Part shown: positions 49,958-58,565 of the stretch, in pieces
How positions within the stretch are numbered: position 1 is the first letter of the stretch
How the letters are laid out: every line of letters begins with the position of its first letter
Assembly: GCA_964631865.1 (NCBI GenBank)
Contig: CAZWAK010000015.1
Span: 89-64,088 of the forward strand
Reading direction: 5' to 3'
Length of the DNA: 64,000 nucleotides
From: an uncultured Heliobacteriaceae bacterium
GTDB lineage: Bacteria > Acidobacteriota > Blastocatellia > RBC074
The notes under the pieces: generated by a model
Databases searched by the model: none
Seen by the model: the letters and a program-made list of their open reading frames with translations, nothing else
Told to the model about the DNA's origin: nothing
Made by a program: the position numbers and the translations under genes

Positions 49958-51567
49958 TGAGTTCATTATTACAACAGTTGGTTACGAACCAGGCGGAGCA
50001 GCGCCCGGAAGCCACCGCCATCGTCTACAAACAGGAGCGCCTGACCTACGGCGAGTTGGAAGCGTCGTCCAATCGGTTGGCACGGCTGCTGAAAGAAGCG
50101 GGTTGCCAACGCGGCGACCGCGTGGGGTTTCTCATTCCGAAAACGCCCGCGGCCATCATCACGATCCTCGGCATTCTGAAGGCCGATTGCGCGTATGTGC
50201 CGCTCGATCCTTCAAGCCCCGCGCCCCGTTTGGAAATGATCGTGGATGCCTGCGCGCCGCGCTTCATCATTGCGGGCGGCTCGGTCACGTCGTTGCTTGA
50301 TGAAGTGATGGCGGATGAGTTGCGTCGCAAAGGCACGGCGATTGGCTGGATGGGCGAAGGCAAAGGCGAAGGCCACAACTTCAAAGTGCAATTTTCGCGC
50401 GCCGACTTGAATGGCTACGACGGTGCTGCGCTGGATTACCAAAACACCAGCAGCGATGCGGCCCATATCCTTTTCACGTCGGGTTCAACCGGCGTGCCGA
50501 AAGGCGTGGTGATTACGCACGCCAATGTGTTGCCGTTCATCAATTGGGCCGTGAATTATTTCGGCACACAAGCAGGCGAGAAGATTTCCAGTCATCCGCC
50601 GCTGCACTTCGATCTTTCGACCTACGACATCTACGGCACGCTGTCGAGCGGCGCTGAGTTGCACATCGTGCCGACGGAATTGAATCTGCTGCCGCACAAA
50701 CTCGCGGACTTCATTCGCAACTCGGAATTGACGCAGTGGTTTTCGGTGCCTTCGGTCTTGAACTTTATGGCGAAGGCCGATGTCGTGAAGCAGGATGATT
50801 TTCCCACGCTCAAACGGTTGATGTGGTGCGGCGAAGTCTTTCCGACGCCACCGCTGATCTACTGGATGCAACGGCTGCCGCGCGTGCAATTCACGAACCT
50901 CTACGGCCCGACCGAAGCGACGATTGCCAGCAGTTACTACACCGTGCCTGAATGCCCGGCGAACGAGCGCGTAGACATTCCCATTGGCTTGCCGTGCGAC
51001 GGCGAAGAGTTGGTCGTGCTGGATGAAGAATTGAAGCCGTTGCCGCCGGGCGAAATCGGTGATCTGTACATCGCGGGTGTGGGCTTGAGTCCGGGTTACT
51101 GGCGCGATGCCGAAAAGACGAACGGCGTGTTTATTCGTCGTCCCGGCAGTTCTGATCCGAATGACCGCATTTACAAAACGGGCGATCTGGCCAAGCTCGG
51201 TGAAGACGGCCTCGTGTACTACCTGGGACGTGCGGATTCGCAAATCAAGAGTCGCGGCTATCGCATTGAGTTGGGCGAAATCGAGACGGCCTTGAATGCG
51301 CTCAATGTTACGGAAGAATGTGCCATCGTGGCCATCAACACGGGCGGCTTTGAAGGCGTGGCGATTTGCTGCGCGTATGTGCCGCTCCCTGATGCCGACG
51401 TAACGCCGACGCGATTGCGTGCGGATTTGAGCAAAGCGTTGCCGAGTTACATGCTCCCGGCGCGTTGGATGCAGTTCGAGCGGTTGCCCAAGAATGCCAA
51501 CGGCAAGATTGATCGCAAAGTGCTGCGCGAACAATTCCAACAAGAAGCGCAAGGCACGGCGAGTTAA
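49957..51567 (+). CDS. Stand-alone NRPS-type adenylation (A) domain protein
   Basis: Full set of A-domain cores: LFTSGSTGVPKGV (A3), NLYGPTE (A5), YKTGDLAK (A7), GRADSQIKSRGYRIELGEIE (A8), LPKNANGKIDR (A10). No condensation or thioesterase domain. Confidence 0.85.
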   Translation: MSSLLQQLVTNQAEQRPEATAIVYKQERLTYGELEASSNRLARLLKEAGCQRGDRVGFLIPKTPAAIITILGILKADCAYVPLDPSSPAPRLEMIVDACAPRFIIAGGSVTSLLDEVMADELRRKGTAIGWMGEGKGEGHNFKVQFSRADLNGYDGAALDYQNTSSDAAHILFTSGSTGVPKGVVITHANVLPFINWAVNYFGTQAGEKISSHPPLHFDLSTYDIYGTLSSGAELHIVPTELNLLPHKLADFIRNSELTQWFSVPSVLNFMAKADVVKQDDFPTLKRLMWCGEVFPTPPLIYWMQRLPRVQFTNLYGPTEATIASSYYTVPECPANERVDIPIGLPCDGEELVVLDEELKPLPPGEIGDLYIAGVGLSPGYWRDAEKTNGVFIRRPGSSDPNDRIYKTGDLAKLGEDGLVYYLGRADSQIKSRGYRIELGEIETALNALNVTEECAIVAINTGGFEGVAICCAYVPLPDADVTPTRLRADLSKALPSYMLPARWMQFERLPKNANGKIDRKVLREQFQQEAQGTAS

Positions 51568-51588
51568 ATCGAAGCGGGAGGGTTGCAC

Positions 51589-52545
51589 TTGAACATACTA
51601 CTGGTGGGCGAAGAATCGGCAGGCACGCAAACACTGAAGATGCTGGCGAACAGCGAGCATAAGTTAGTGGGCGTGATGGCCTCGGCGACTCGACAAGCGA
51701 CGGGCGGGATGACGCTGTGGCAGTTCGCTGAAAAGCAGGGCTGTCGCACGTGGCCGGCGGCGCTGGTGAAAGATCCGGCGTTTGCCGAGGTGGTCAGGGC
51801 GGAACAAGTGGATTTGTTGCTCAACGTGCATTCGCTCTTTGTGATTAAGGGGGAGATTGTGGCTGCCCCGCGTATTGGCAGTTTCAATCTACATCCCGGC
51901 CCGCTGCCGCGTTACGCCGGACTGAACGCGCCGAGTTGGGCCATCTATCACGACGAAAAAGTTCACGGCGTCACGCTGCACCGCATGCTCGCCGGAATTG
52001 ACACAGGCACTATCGCGTATCAGGCGCTCTTTGACATCGAAGCGCGCGACACTGGGTTTTCGCTGAGCGCGAAATGTATCCGCGCGGGGTTGGAGTTGAT
52101 CAAACAGTTGCTGGCCACAGCCGCTGTTGATCCACAGCGAATCCCCGCGCTTGAGCAGGACTTCACGGAGCGGCAATACTTCGGCAAAGAAACACCGGAG
52201 GACGGTTGGCTCGCGTGGTCACGTCCGGCGCGCAGGATTCACAACTTTGTGCGTGCGGCGGATTACTCCCCGTTTACCTCTCCCTGGAAAACCCCACGTT
52301 CCAGACTGGGAGGCGAAGAAATCGGTTTTGTGAAAACCACTCTGACCGGACAACCGTGCGCTGTGCCGCCCGGCACTATCGGGTCGGTGCTCGGCACGCA
52401 AGTGCAGGTAGCCTGTGCGGATCAATGGTTGGCGGTCGAACGAGTGCTACACAATGGCAAGCCCGCTCCGGCGGCGACTGTACTCAAACCGGGCGAACGG
52501 CTCGTGGGGAAGGAAGAACTCGAATTTCATAACGAACACAAATAA
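51589..52545 (+). CDS. Formyltransferase-family protein (Fmt/ArnA-N-terminal-like)
   Basis: SFNLHPGPLPRYAGLNAPSWAIYHDEKVHGVTLHRMLAGIDTGTI corresponds to the formyl_trans_N active-site region (N..H..SLLP.YRG-type). TTG start at 51589 or 51583 after GGGAGG. Confidence 0.7.
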   Translation: MNILLVGEESAGTQTLKMLANSEHKLVGVMASATRQATGGMTLWQFAEKQGCRTWPAALVKDPAFAEVVRAEQVDLLLNVHSLFVIKGEIVAAPRIGSFNLHPGPLPRYAGLNAPSWAIYHDEKVHGVTLHRMLAGIDTGTIAYQALFDIEARDTGFSLSAKCIRAGLELIKQLLATAAVDPQRIPALEQDFTERQYFGKETPEDGWLAWSRPARRIHNFVRAADYSPFTSPWKTPRSRLGGEEIGFVKTTLTGQPCAVPPGTIGSVLGTQVQVACADQWLAVERVLHNGKPAPAATVLKPGERLVGKEELEFHNEHK

Positions 52546-52557
52546 GGAGTAAGTCAA

Positions 52558-52824
52558 ATGACAAATAACGCTGTCACACACGAACAAATCATGCGATTGC
52601 TGGCCGACCGGGTACATATCGAAGCCCCGTCGGTGGACACCGATTTGATGGACTCAGGCTTGCTCGACTCGCTCACGCTGGTCGAGTTGATGAGCAGCCT
52701 GGAAGAAGAGTTTGGCATTGCCATCTCGTTCGACGAAATCGAATTAGACAATTTTCGCTCGGTGGCGCGCATCACGGACTTTGTGCGCGAGCGCAGTGGC
52801 GTCATGGAATTGGCGGTGGCTTAA
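52558..52824 (+). CDS. Acyl/peptidyl carrier protein
   Basis: 88 aa. Phosphopantetheine attachment motif LMDSGLLDSLTLVELMSSLEEEFG. AAGGAG RBS. Confidence 0.8.
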   Translation: MTNNAVTHEQIMRLLADRVHIEAPSVDTDLMDSGLLDSLTLVELMSSLEEEFGIAISFDEIELDNFRSVARITDFVRERSGVMELAVA

Positions 52825-52885
52825 CTCCACACGCCGTGCCGCGCCCCCTGCTTGAGCGAACGACATTCAAGGGAGAAAAACGACT

Positions 52886-53302
52886 ATGCAGTTACAGCAA
52901 AAACACACAAAGCCAACCTTTCGGGCGGAGCGCGAGTTCGGTCTGCTGGTGGGGGCCGTGCTGCTCCTGTTGGGCAGTTGGTGGCTTTATCGCGGACATT
53001 GGCCGACCGTTGCCAAAGTGTTCGCCGGACTTAGTTCGGTCTTGATTCTGTTTGGCGCTTTGTTCCCCAAGGCGCTGGTGCTGCCCAACCGCGCCTGGAT
53101 GGGCTTAGCCAAATGGATTTCTTTAGTCACGACCCCGATCATTCTCGGATTAGTCTATTTCTTAATCATTATGCCTATCGGCGTGGTGAAGCGGTGGTCG
53201 GGTTGGGACCCACTACGCCGTCGCGCGCCTGCCGCCACTTCGTACTGGACAACCTATAACGCGCGGCAACGTGACCCGCAACATTTTGAAAAGATGTTCT
53301 AA
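52886..53302 (+). CDS. SxtJ-family small membrane protein
   Basis: 138 aa, 3-4 TM helices. Composition and position typical of SxtJ homologues, which accompany carbamoyltransferases. Confidence 0.55.
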   Translation: MQLQQKHTKPTFRAEREFGLLVGAVLLLLGSWWLYRGHWPTVAKVFAGLSSVLILFGALFPKALVLPNRAWMGLAKWISLVTTPIILGLVYFLIIMPIGVVKRWSGWDPLRRRAPAATSYWTTYNARQRDPQHFEKMF

Positions 53303-53320
53303 CTTCAGGAGAAAACTTAT

Positions 53321-53479
53321 ATGTCAAGATTAAGCGTCGTTGGTGAACTTTGGCAGTTCATGAAGCACAACAAAAAATTCTGGCTGGCCCCGATTGTCAT
53401 TGTTCTGGTGACGATTGGCGTGCTTCTGGCAGTGGCCGGAAGCTCCGCGTTGGCTCCATTCATCTATACACTCTTTTAA
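53321..53479 (+). CDS. SxtK-like/DUF5989-type micro-membrane protein (52 aa); too short for the ORF track
   Basis: atg at 53321 after AGGAG. Translation MSRLSVVGELWQFMKHNKKFWLAPIVIVLVTIGVLLAVAGSSALAPFIYTLF, a single TM. Confidence 0.5.
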   Translation: MSRLSVVGELWQFMKHNKKFWLAPIVIVLVTIGVLLAVAGSSALAPFIYTLF

Positions 53480-53480
53480 T

Positions 53481-53566
53481 CAGCTATCAGCTATCAGCCA
53501 TTAGCCATCAGCTAATGGCTGATAGCTAATGGCTAATAGCTAATAGCTGATAGCTAATGGCTAATA
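53481..53566. repeat. Heptanucleotide tandem array (12 units) forming a long imperfect palindrome
   Basis: CTATCAG CTATCAG CCATTAG CCATCAG, then the reverse-complement units CTAATGG CTGATAG CTAATGG CTAATAG CTAATAG CTGATAG CTAATGG CTAATAG. Ends 9 nt before the carbamoyltransferase RBS. Confidence 0.85.
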
Positions 53567-53581
53567 GGAAGGTTTAGTTTT

Positions 53582-55507
53582 ATGACCAGTATTCTGGGAA
53601 TCTCTGCGTTTTATCACGATTCTGCGGCCTGCCTCGTCGTTGATGGCGAGATCATTGCTGCTGCACAGGAAGAGCGCTTCACCCGCGTCAAGCACGATCA
53701 TCGCTTCCCCGGCAACGCTGTGATGTACTGTCTCAAAGAAGCAGGCATCACGCCGGAGCAAATTGATTACGTCGGCTTCTACGATAAGCCGCTGCTCAAA
53801 TTCGACCGCTTGCTGGAAACCTATCTGGATTACACTCCGGCAGGCTTCGTGTCGTTCCTCAAATCCATGCCGATGTGGATGAAGGAAAAGTTGTGGGCAC
53901 CCGATTTGATCCGCACCGATTTCGCCAAAGCTCTCGGCGCAGAAGATGATCGCGCCGCGCGCAAGATGGCGAAAACATTCAAATGGAAGCTGCTCTTCGG
54001 CGATCATCACGAGAGCCACGCGGCCAGCGCCTTTTATCCTTCGCCGTATGAAGAAGCCGCCGTTCTCACGCTCGATGGCGTCGGCGAATGGGCGACCAGT
54101 TCGATTGGGATTGGGCGCGGCAACGAATTGACAATGCTCAAGGAATTGCGCTTCCCCGACAGCCTCGGACTGCTCTACAGCGCGTTTACTTACTACACGG
54201 GCTTCAAGGTCAACAGCGGCGAATACAAAGTCATGGGACTGGCTCCGTACGGCGAACCTAAATATGTTTCGTTGATCAAAGACAAAGTGGTGGAAATCTG
54301 CGACGACGGCAGCCTGCGCATGAATCAGGACTATTTTGAATACAGTCAGGGCTTGCGCATGACGAACAACACGTTCGCCAAACTCTTCGGCGCTCCCGCG
54401 CGTGAACCGGAATCGAAGGTCACACAACGCGAGATGGATTTGGCGCGCAGCGTGCAGGAAATCACCGAAGAAGCCGTGATGAAGATGGCGGAGTTTACGC
54501 GCAAGGAAACCGGCCTGAAGCGGCTTTGTATGGCGGGCGGCGTGGCGCTGAATTGCGTGGCCAATGGCAAGCTCTTACGCAAAGGCATCTTTGATGACAT
54601 CTGGATTCAACCGGCGGCAGGTGATGCCGGCGGTGCGCTCGGCATTGCGCTGGCAATCTGGCATCGCTATCTCGGCAAAGGTCGCACCAGCCCGGAAAGC
54701 CAGGGGACGTGGGTCTCGTCGCGTTCGTATGCCAATGGTGTTCCATTGCCTTACGCCGACAGCATGAAAGGCTCCTATCTCGGTCCGAAAAATTCGGAAG
54801 AAGAGATTGAGCGATACCTCAAAGCGAACAATTATCCCTACACCAAATACAGCCGCGAAGAATTGCCGCATGCCGTAGGCAGGTTGCTGGCTTCAGAAAA
54901 AGTCATCGGCTTGCATCAAGGCCGCATGGAATTTGGCCCGCGCGCGTTGGGCGGTCGCAGCATCATCGGTGACGCCCGCTCTACCAAGATGCAATCCATC
55001 ATGAATCTGAAGATCAAGTACCGGGAAAGCTTCCGCCCGTTTGCGCCGAGCGTGCTGCGGGAACATGTGGCTGATTGGTTTGATCTGAATACTGACAGCC
55101 CGTACATGCTGTTGGTGGCCGATGTGCGCGAGAACCGTTGCCGCCAGATGACGAGAGACGAAGAAGAACTCTGGGGCATCGAGAAGCTAAATGTTGTGCG
55201 CTCGGAAATCCCGGCGGTCACGCACGTGGATTACTCGGCGCGCATTCAAACCGTGCGCCACGACGTCAATCCGCTCTACTGGGAAATCATGGAAGCATTT
55301 CGGAAACTCACCGGCTGCCCTGTGATCGTCAACACCAGCTTCAATGTGCGCGGCGAACCGATTGTTTGTTCACCCGAAGACAGCTATCGCTGCTTTATGC
55401 GCACCGAGATGGACGCATTGGTACTGGAAACGTGCGTGTTAGAGAAAAAAGATCAGCCTGAATTCAAAGATAAGACCGATTGGCGGTCAGAATTCACGCT
55501 CGACTAA
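53582..55507 (+). CDS. NodU/CmcH-family O-carbamoyltransferase
   Basis: MTSILGISAFYHDSAACLV.. Carbam_trans_N and Carbam_trans_C. 641 aa. Confidence 0.9.
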   Translation: MTSILGISAFYHDSAACLVVDGEIIAAAQEERFTRVKHDHRFPGNAVMYCLKEAGITPEQIDYVGFYDKPLLKFDRLLETYLDYTPAGFVSFLKSMPMWMKEKLWAPDLIRTDFAKALGAEDDRAARKMAKTFKWKLLFGDHHESHAASAFYPSPYEEAAVLTLDGVGEWATSSIGIGRGNELTMLKELRFPDSLGLLYSAFTYYTGFKVNSGEYKVMGLAPYGEPKYVSLIKDKVVEICDDGSLRMNQDYFEYSQGLRMTNNTFAKLFGAPAREPESKVTQREMDLARSVQEITEEAVMKMAEFTRKETGLKRLCMAGGVALNCVANGKLLRKGIFDDIWIQPAAGDAGGALGIALAIWHRYLGKGRTSPESQGTWVSSRSYANGVPLPYADSMKGSYLGPKNSEEEIERYLKANNYPYTKYSREELPHAVGRLLASEKVIGLHQGRMEFGPRALGGRSIIGDARSTKMQSIMNLKIKYRESFRPFAPSVLREHVADWFDLNTDSPYMLLVADVRENRCRQMTRDEEELWGIEKLNVVRSEIPAVTHVDYSARIQTVRHDVNPLYWEIMEAFRKLTGCPVIVNTSFNVRGEPIVCSPEDSYRCFMRTEMDALVLETCVLEKKDQPEFKDKTDWRSEFTLD

Positions 55508-55638
55508 CGTTTAGTCACAATGCGCAAAGTACAATTGTGTAAGTTACTTCTTTCAGGATCAAAGCTGAGGATTTGAACTTACGGCGCACTAACTTATCTG
55601 ACGTCAGCGTATTACGCTGACATCGTTGGAGAGTTGAG

Positions 55639-56622
55639 ATGAGCGATCTCTGGAAAAAAAGAATTGCTTTATTGCTTTCGTCGCTCTTATTTTGTGTGTT
55701 TCTGCTCTTACTCTTTGAAGTCGGTGTACGGCTCTTCGGTCCAACCATCAACTTCCAGGGGACGGAAATGTCTTTACAACAGCAGCGGGTCTTCGGTACC
55801 GCGCACGGCTGGGTGCCGAATGCTAGTGGGCTGTGTTTTGGCAAGCAAGTCGAGATAGATGAATATGGTTTCCGCAAACAGAATTCTCCGCAAGAGTATG
55901 ATTCTTCGTGGTTGATTCTGGGGGATTCAGTTACTTTCGGAGTCGGTGTGGATGGAGAGGCTACTTATATTCAACTACTTCAGAACGAACTTCAGAGAAT
56001 AAGATTGTGGAATACTTCTGTGATCGGCTACGACGTGGACAACTACAAAAGTGTCCTCAATCACTTCCTGGCTGAAAGCCAGAAAATTCCCAATATAAAG
56101 AAGGTGATTTTGTTCTTTTGCCTGAATGACGTTGATCTGGTCGAAGGTAATTCTCACGTCCGACCGCCTTCGTCGGAATTTGCCGGAAAGATATTGTCGC
56201 TGCTGGGCCATAACTCAAAATCCTATATCTTATTGAAAGATACGATTTCGGACCGCAGTAAATTTTATTATCAGCACGACTCTGATTTGTATGCAGACTC
56301 TGCGGGTAAATTTACGAAGGCGATGCGTATAATAAGTGAGATACAGGCCGCTTTGCGTGCCAGAGATATAGACTTTTCAGTCGTTATACTTCCTTATGAG
56401 TATCAACTGAGAACCAGGGAAGGGCAGCATTTACTGCCCCAAAAGCGTCTCGCTCAGTACTTTCAGGAAAATGGAATTCGATATATTGACGCTTACGAAC
56501 ATTTCGACCGCTCAGGGCTTAGTACCAAAGAAACCTTTTTATACGCCGACTTCTGTCATTTCTCCAAGGCGGGGCATCAGGTGATGGCGAATCTACTCAA
56601 AGAGCATTATAAGGCGGAGTAG
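55639..56622 (+). CDS. Membrane-anchored SGNH/GDSL-like hydrolase/acyltransferase-fold protein (paralog 1)
   Basis: N-terminal TM. Block I ILGDSVTFGVG. Block V DFCHFSKAGH (DxxH). Low local GC. Confidence 0.65.
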   Translation: MSDLWKKRIALLLSSLLFCVFLLLLFEVGVRLFGPTINFQGTEMSLQQQRVFGTAHGWVPNASGLCFGKQVEIDEYGFRKQNSPQEYDSSWLILGDSVTFGVGVDGEATYIQLLQNELQRIRLWNTSVIGYDVDNYKSVLNHFLAESQKIPNIKKVILFFCLNDVDLVEGNSHVRPPSSEFAGKILSLLGHNSKSYILLKDTISDRSKFYYQHDSDLYADSAGKFTKAMRIISEIQAALRARDIDFSVVILPYEYQLRTREGQHLLPQKRLAQYFQENGIRYIDAYEHFDRSGLSTKETFLYADFCHFSKAGHQVMANLLKEHYKAE

Positions 56623-56727
56623 TTTTGCGTTATTAAAAGACAACTTTCCAAATTAAATGCTCTATGCCGCTACGGTTTTATAAGGCTGAATAGCGGAACT
56701 TACTACACACAAAGGGGGTAACAGCAA

Positions 56728-58521
56728 ATGTACATCCTCGGTATTTCTGGACATCATCGCAACGCATCTGCTGCGCTTATCAAAGACGGGCGGCTTATTG
56801 CTGCCATTGAGGAAGATAAGTTAGTACGTGTCAATCATATTGGCATTGCTCAATCGGGCGGACTGCCTTATGCCGCGATTGGCTATTGTTTGGAAGCAGC
56901 GGGCATCGGAATTGATGAAATAGATTACGTCACATATTATCAAAAGCCGCGCCGCTTGTTGCAACGACAACTACGCTTCAGCGAGCAGTTCAAGCCAGGG
57001 AATGGCGCTGGCTCCGAAGATCACCAAGCGGCCAGTGTAAATGAATTCCACGACCGCCTGAAAACACTGCACTTGACCCGGCGTTTGTTGGGACAACGGG
57101 CCAAAGTAATCGCGGTAGATCATCAACTGGCGCACGCGGCCAGCGCCTTTTATTTATCAGGCTTTGAGCGCTCCGCCGTCCTGGTACTTAGTGGGCGCGG
57201 CGATTACATTTCCATTGCTGTCGGCATCGGCGAGGGGCGCAAAGTGCGCATTCTCAAACGCATCGAATTTCCGCATTCGCTCGGTTTGGTCTACAGTCTG
57301 ATGACAGAGCACCTGGGCTTTAGTGCGGGTGGTGGCGAACACAACACGCAATGGCTCAGCACCACAGGCGAACCGGAATTTCTCGCCCCCTTTCAGGAGA
57401 TGATTAAGATTTGCCCCAATGGTATGCCATCGGTGGACACCTCCTTTTTTACTCCTTCTTTGCAAGCCCCTGATGCTTTTTCAGAGAAGTTTTATAGTCG
57501 GTTCGGCGATCATTCCCGTCGTCACCATCATCGCTTCAATGGCAGTGCAAAGAAGCGTTCGTGGACAGAGTTGGTGGGAGAGATGACTGGACGTCAACAC
57601 CTCTCGCTGCCCAGCAACAGCTATCGCCGCAATGTGGCGCACAGTCTCCAACAACATCTCGAACAAGTCGTGCTGGCCTTAGCGGAAAGCATCCGCCACG
57701 AGTACAAAGTAGATGCCTTATGCCTGGCCGGTGGCGTAGCACTCAACAGTTTGATCGTCGCTCGACTGGAGCGCGAAAGCGGTTATCAACATCTTTTTGT
57801 CCAGCCTGCTACGGGGAATTCCGGGTGCAGCATCGGCTCCGCGCTTTTCCATTGGCATCATCAACTTGAACAAGGGCGACCGGAAGCGTTGGAACATGTC
57901 TTTCTCGGCCCTGAATTTTCTGACCAGGAAATCAAACCCGAACTAGACAATTGTAAATTAGCTTATCGCTACATTACTTCAGAAGAGAAGTTATTGGATG
58001 AGATCGTGAACTTACTACATCGCGGCAACATTCTTGCTTGGTTTCAAGGGCGTGCAGAGTTTGGCCCGCGTACTTTGGGGGCGAGAAGTATCCTGGCCGA
58101 TCCAACCTTGGATTACACCAAAGAGAACTTGAACTTATTCGTCAAGCATCGGGAAGCTTATCGCCCCTTTGCGGCGTCAGTCCCTGAAGAACGGGCGGCG
58201 GAATTTTTTGAGAATTGTGGATCGCTGTCGCGCTTTTTGCTGACCGTGTCGCAAGTCAGAGAAGACAAACGTCATTTGATTCCAGCCGCGTGCTTTGCCA
58301 ATGGAAAGGCGCGTGTTCATATCGTCAGTCGTAAGACCAACCCGCTGTTCTGGCGCTTACTCAATAAGTTTGGGGAAAAGACAGGGGTTCCAGTATTAGT
58401 CAATACTTCCTTTAATTTGTTCGGAGAGCCGATTGTTTGCACGCCCCGCGAAGCCGTGCGAAGCTTGTACTGCTCCGGACTGGATGCGTTGGTAATTAAC
58501 AATTTCCTGATTCAGAAATAA
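56728..58521 (+). CDS. NodU/CmcH-family O-carbamoyltransferase (second paralog)
   Basis: MYILGISGHHRNASAALIKDG.. 597 aa. Confidence 0.88.
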   Translation: MYILGISGHHRNASAALIKDGRLIAAIEEDKLVRVNHIGIAQSGGLPYAAIGYCLEAAGIGIDEIDYVTYYQKPRRLLQRQLRFSEQFKPGNGAGSEDHQAASVNEFHDRLKTLHLTRRLLGQRAKVIAVDHQLAHAASAFYLSGFERSAVLVLSGRGDYISIAVGIGEGRKVRILKRIEFPHSLGLVYSLMTEHLGFSAGGGEHNTQWLSTTGEPEFLAPFQEMIKICPNGMPSVDTSFFTPSLQAPDAFSEKFYSRFGDHSRRHHHRFNGSAKKRSWTELVGEMTGRQHLSLPSNSYRRNVAHSLQQHLEQVVLALAESIRHEYKVDALCLAGGVALNSLIVARLERESGYQHLFVQPATGNSGCSIGSALFHWHHQLEQGRPEALEHVFLGPEFSDQEIKPELDNCKLAYRYITSEEKLLDEIVNLLHRGNILAWFQGRAEFGPRTLGARSILADPTLDYTKENLNLFVKHREAYRPFAASVPEERAAEFFENCGSLSRFLLTVSQVREDKRHLIPAACFANGKARVHIVSRKTNPLFWRLLNKFGEKTGVPVLVNTSFNLFGEPIVCTPREAVRSLYCSGLDALVINNFLIQK

Positions 58522-58565
58522 AAAAACATCACGCCTGTCAATTGTTAGGCGTGAGGAAAGATGGC

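Noticed and set aside
53481-53566. Possible CRISPR array
   Set aside because: Units are 7 nt with no spacers, and reverse-complement units follow direct ones. It is a simple heptamer palindrome array, not repeat-spacer architecture. No cas genes are nearby.
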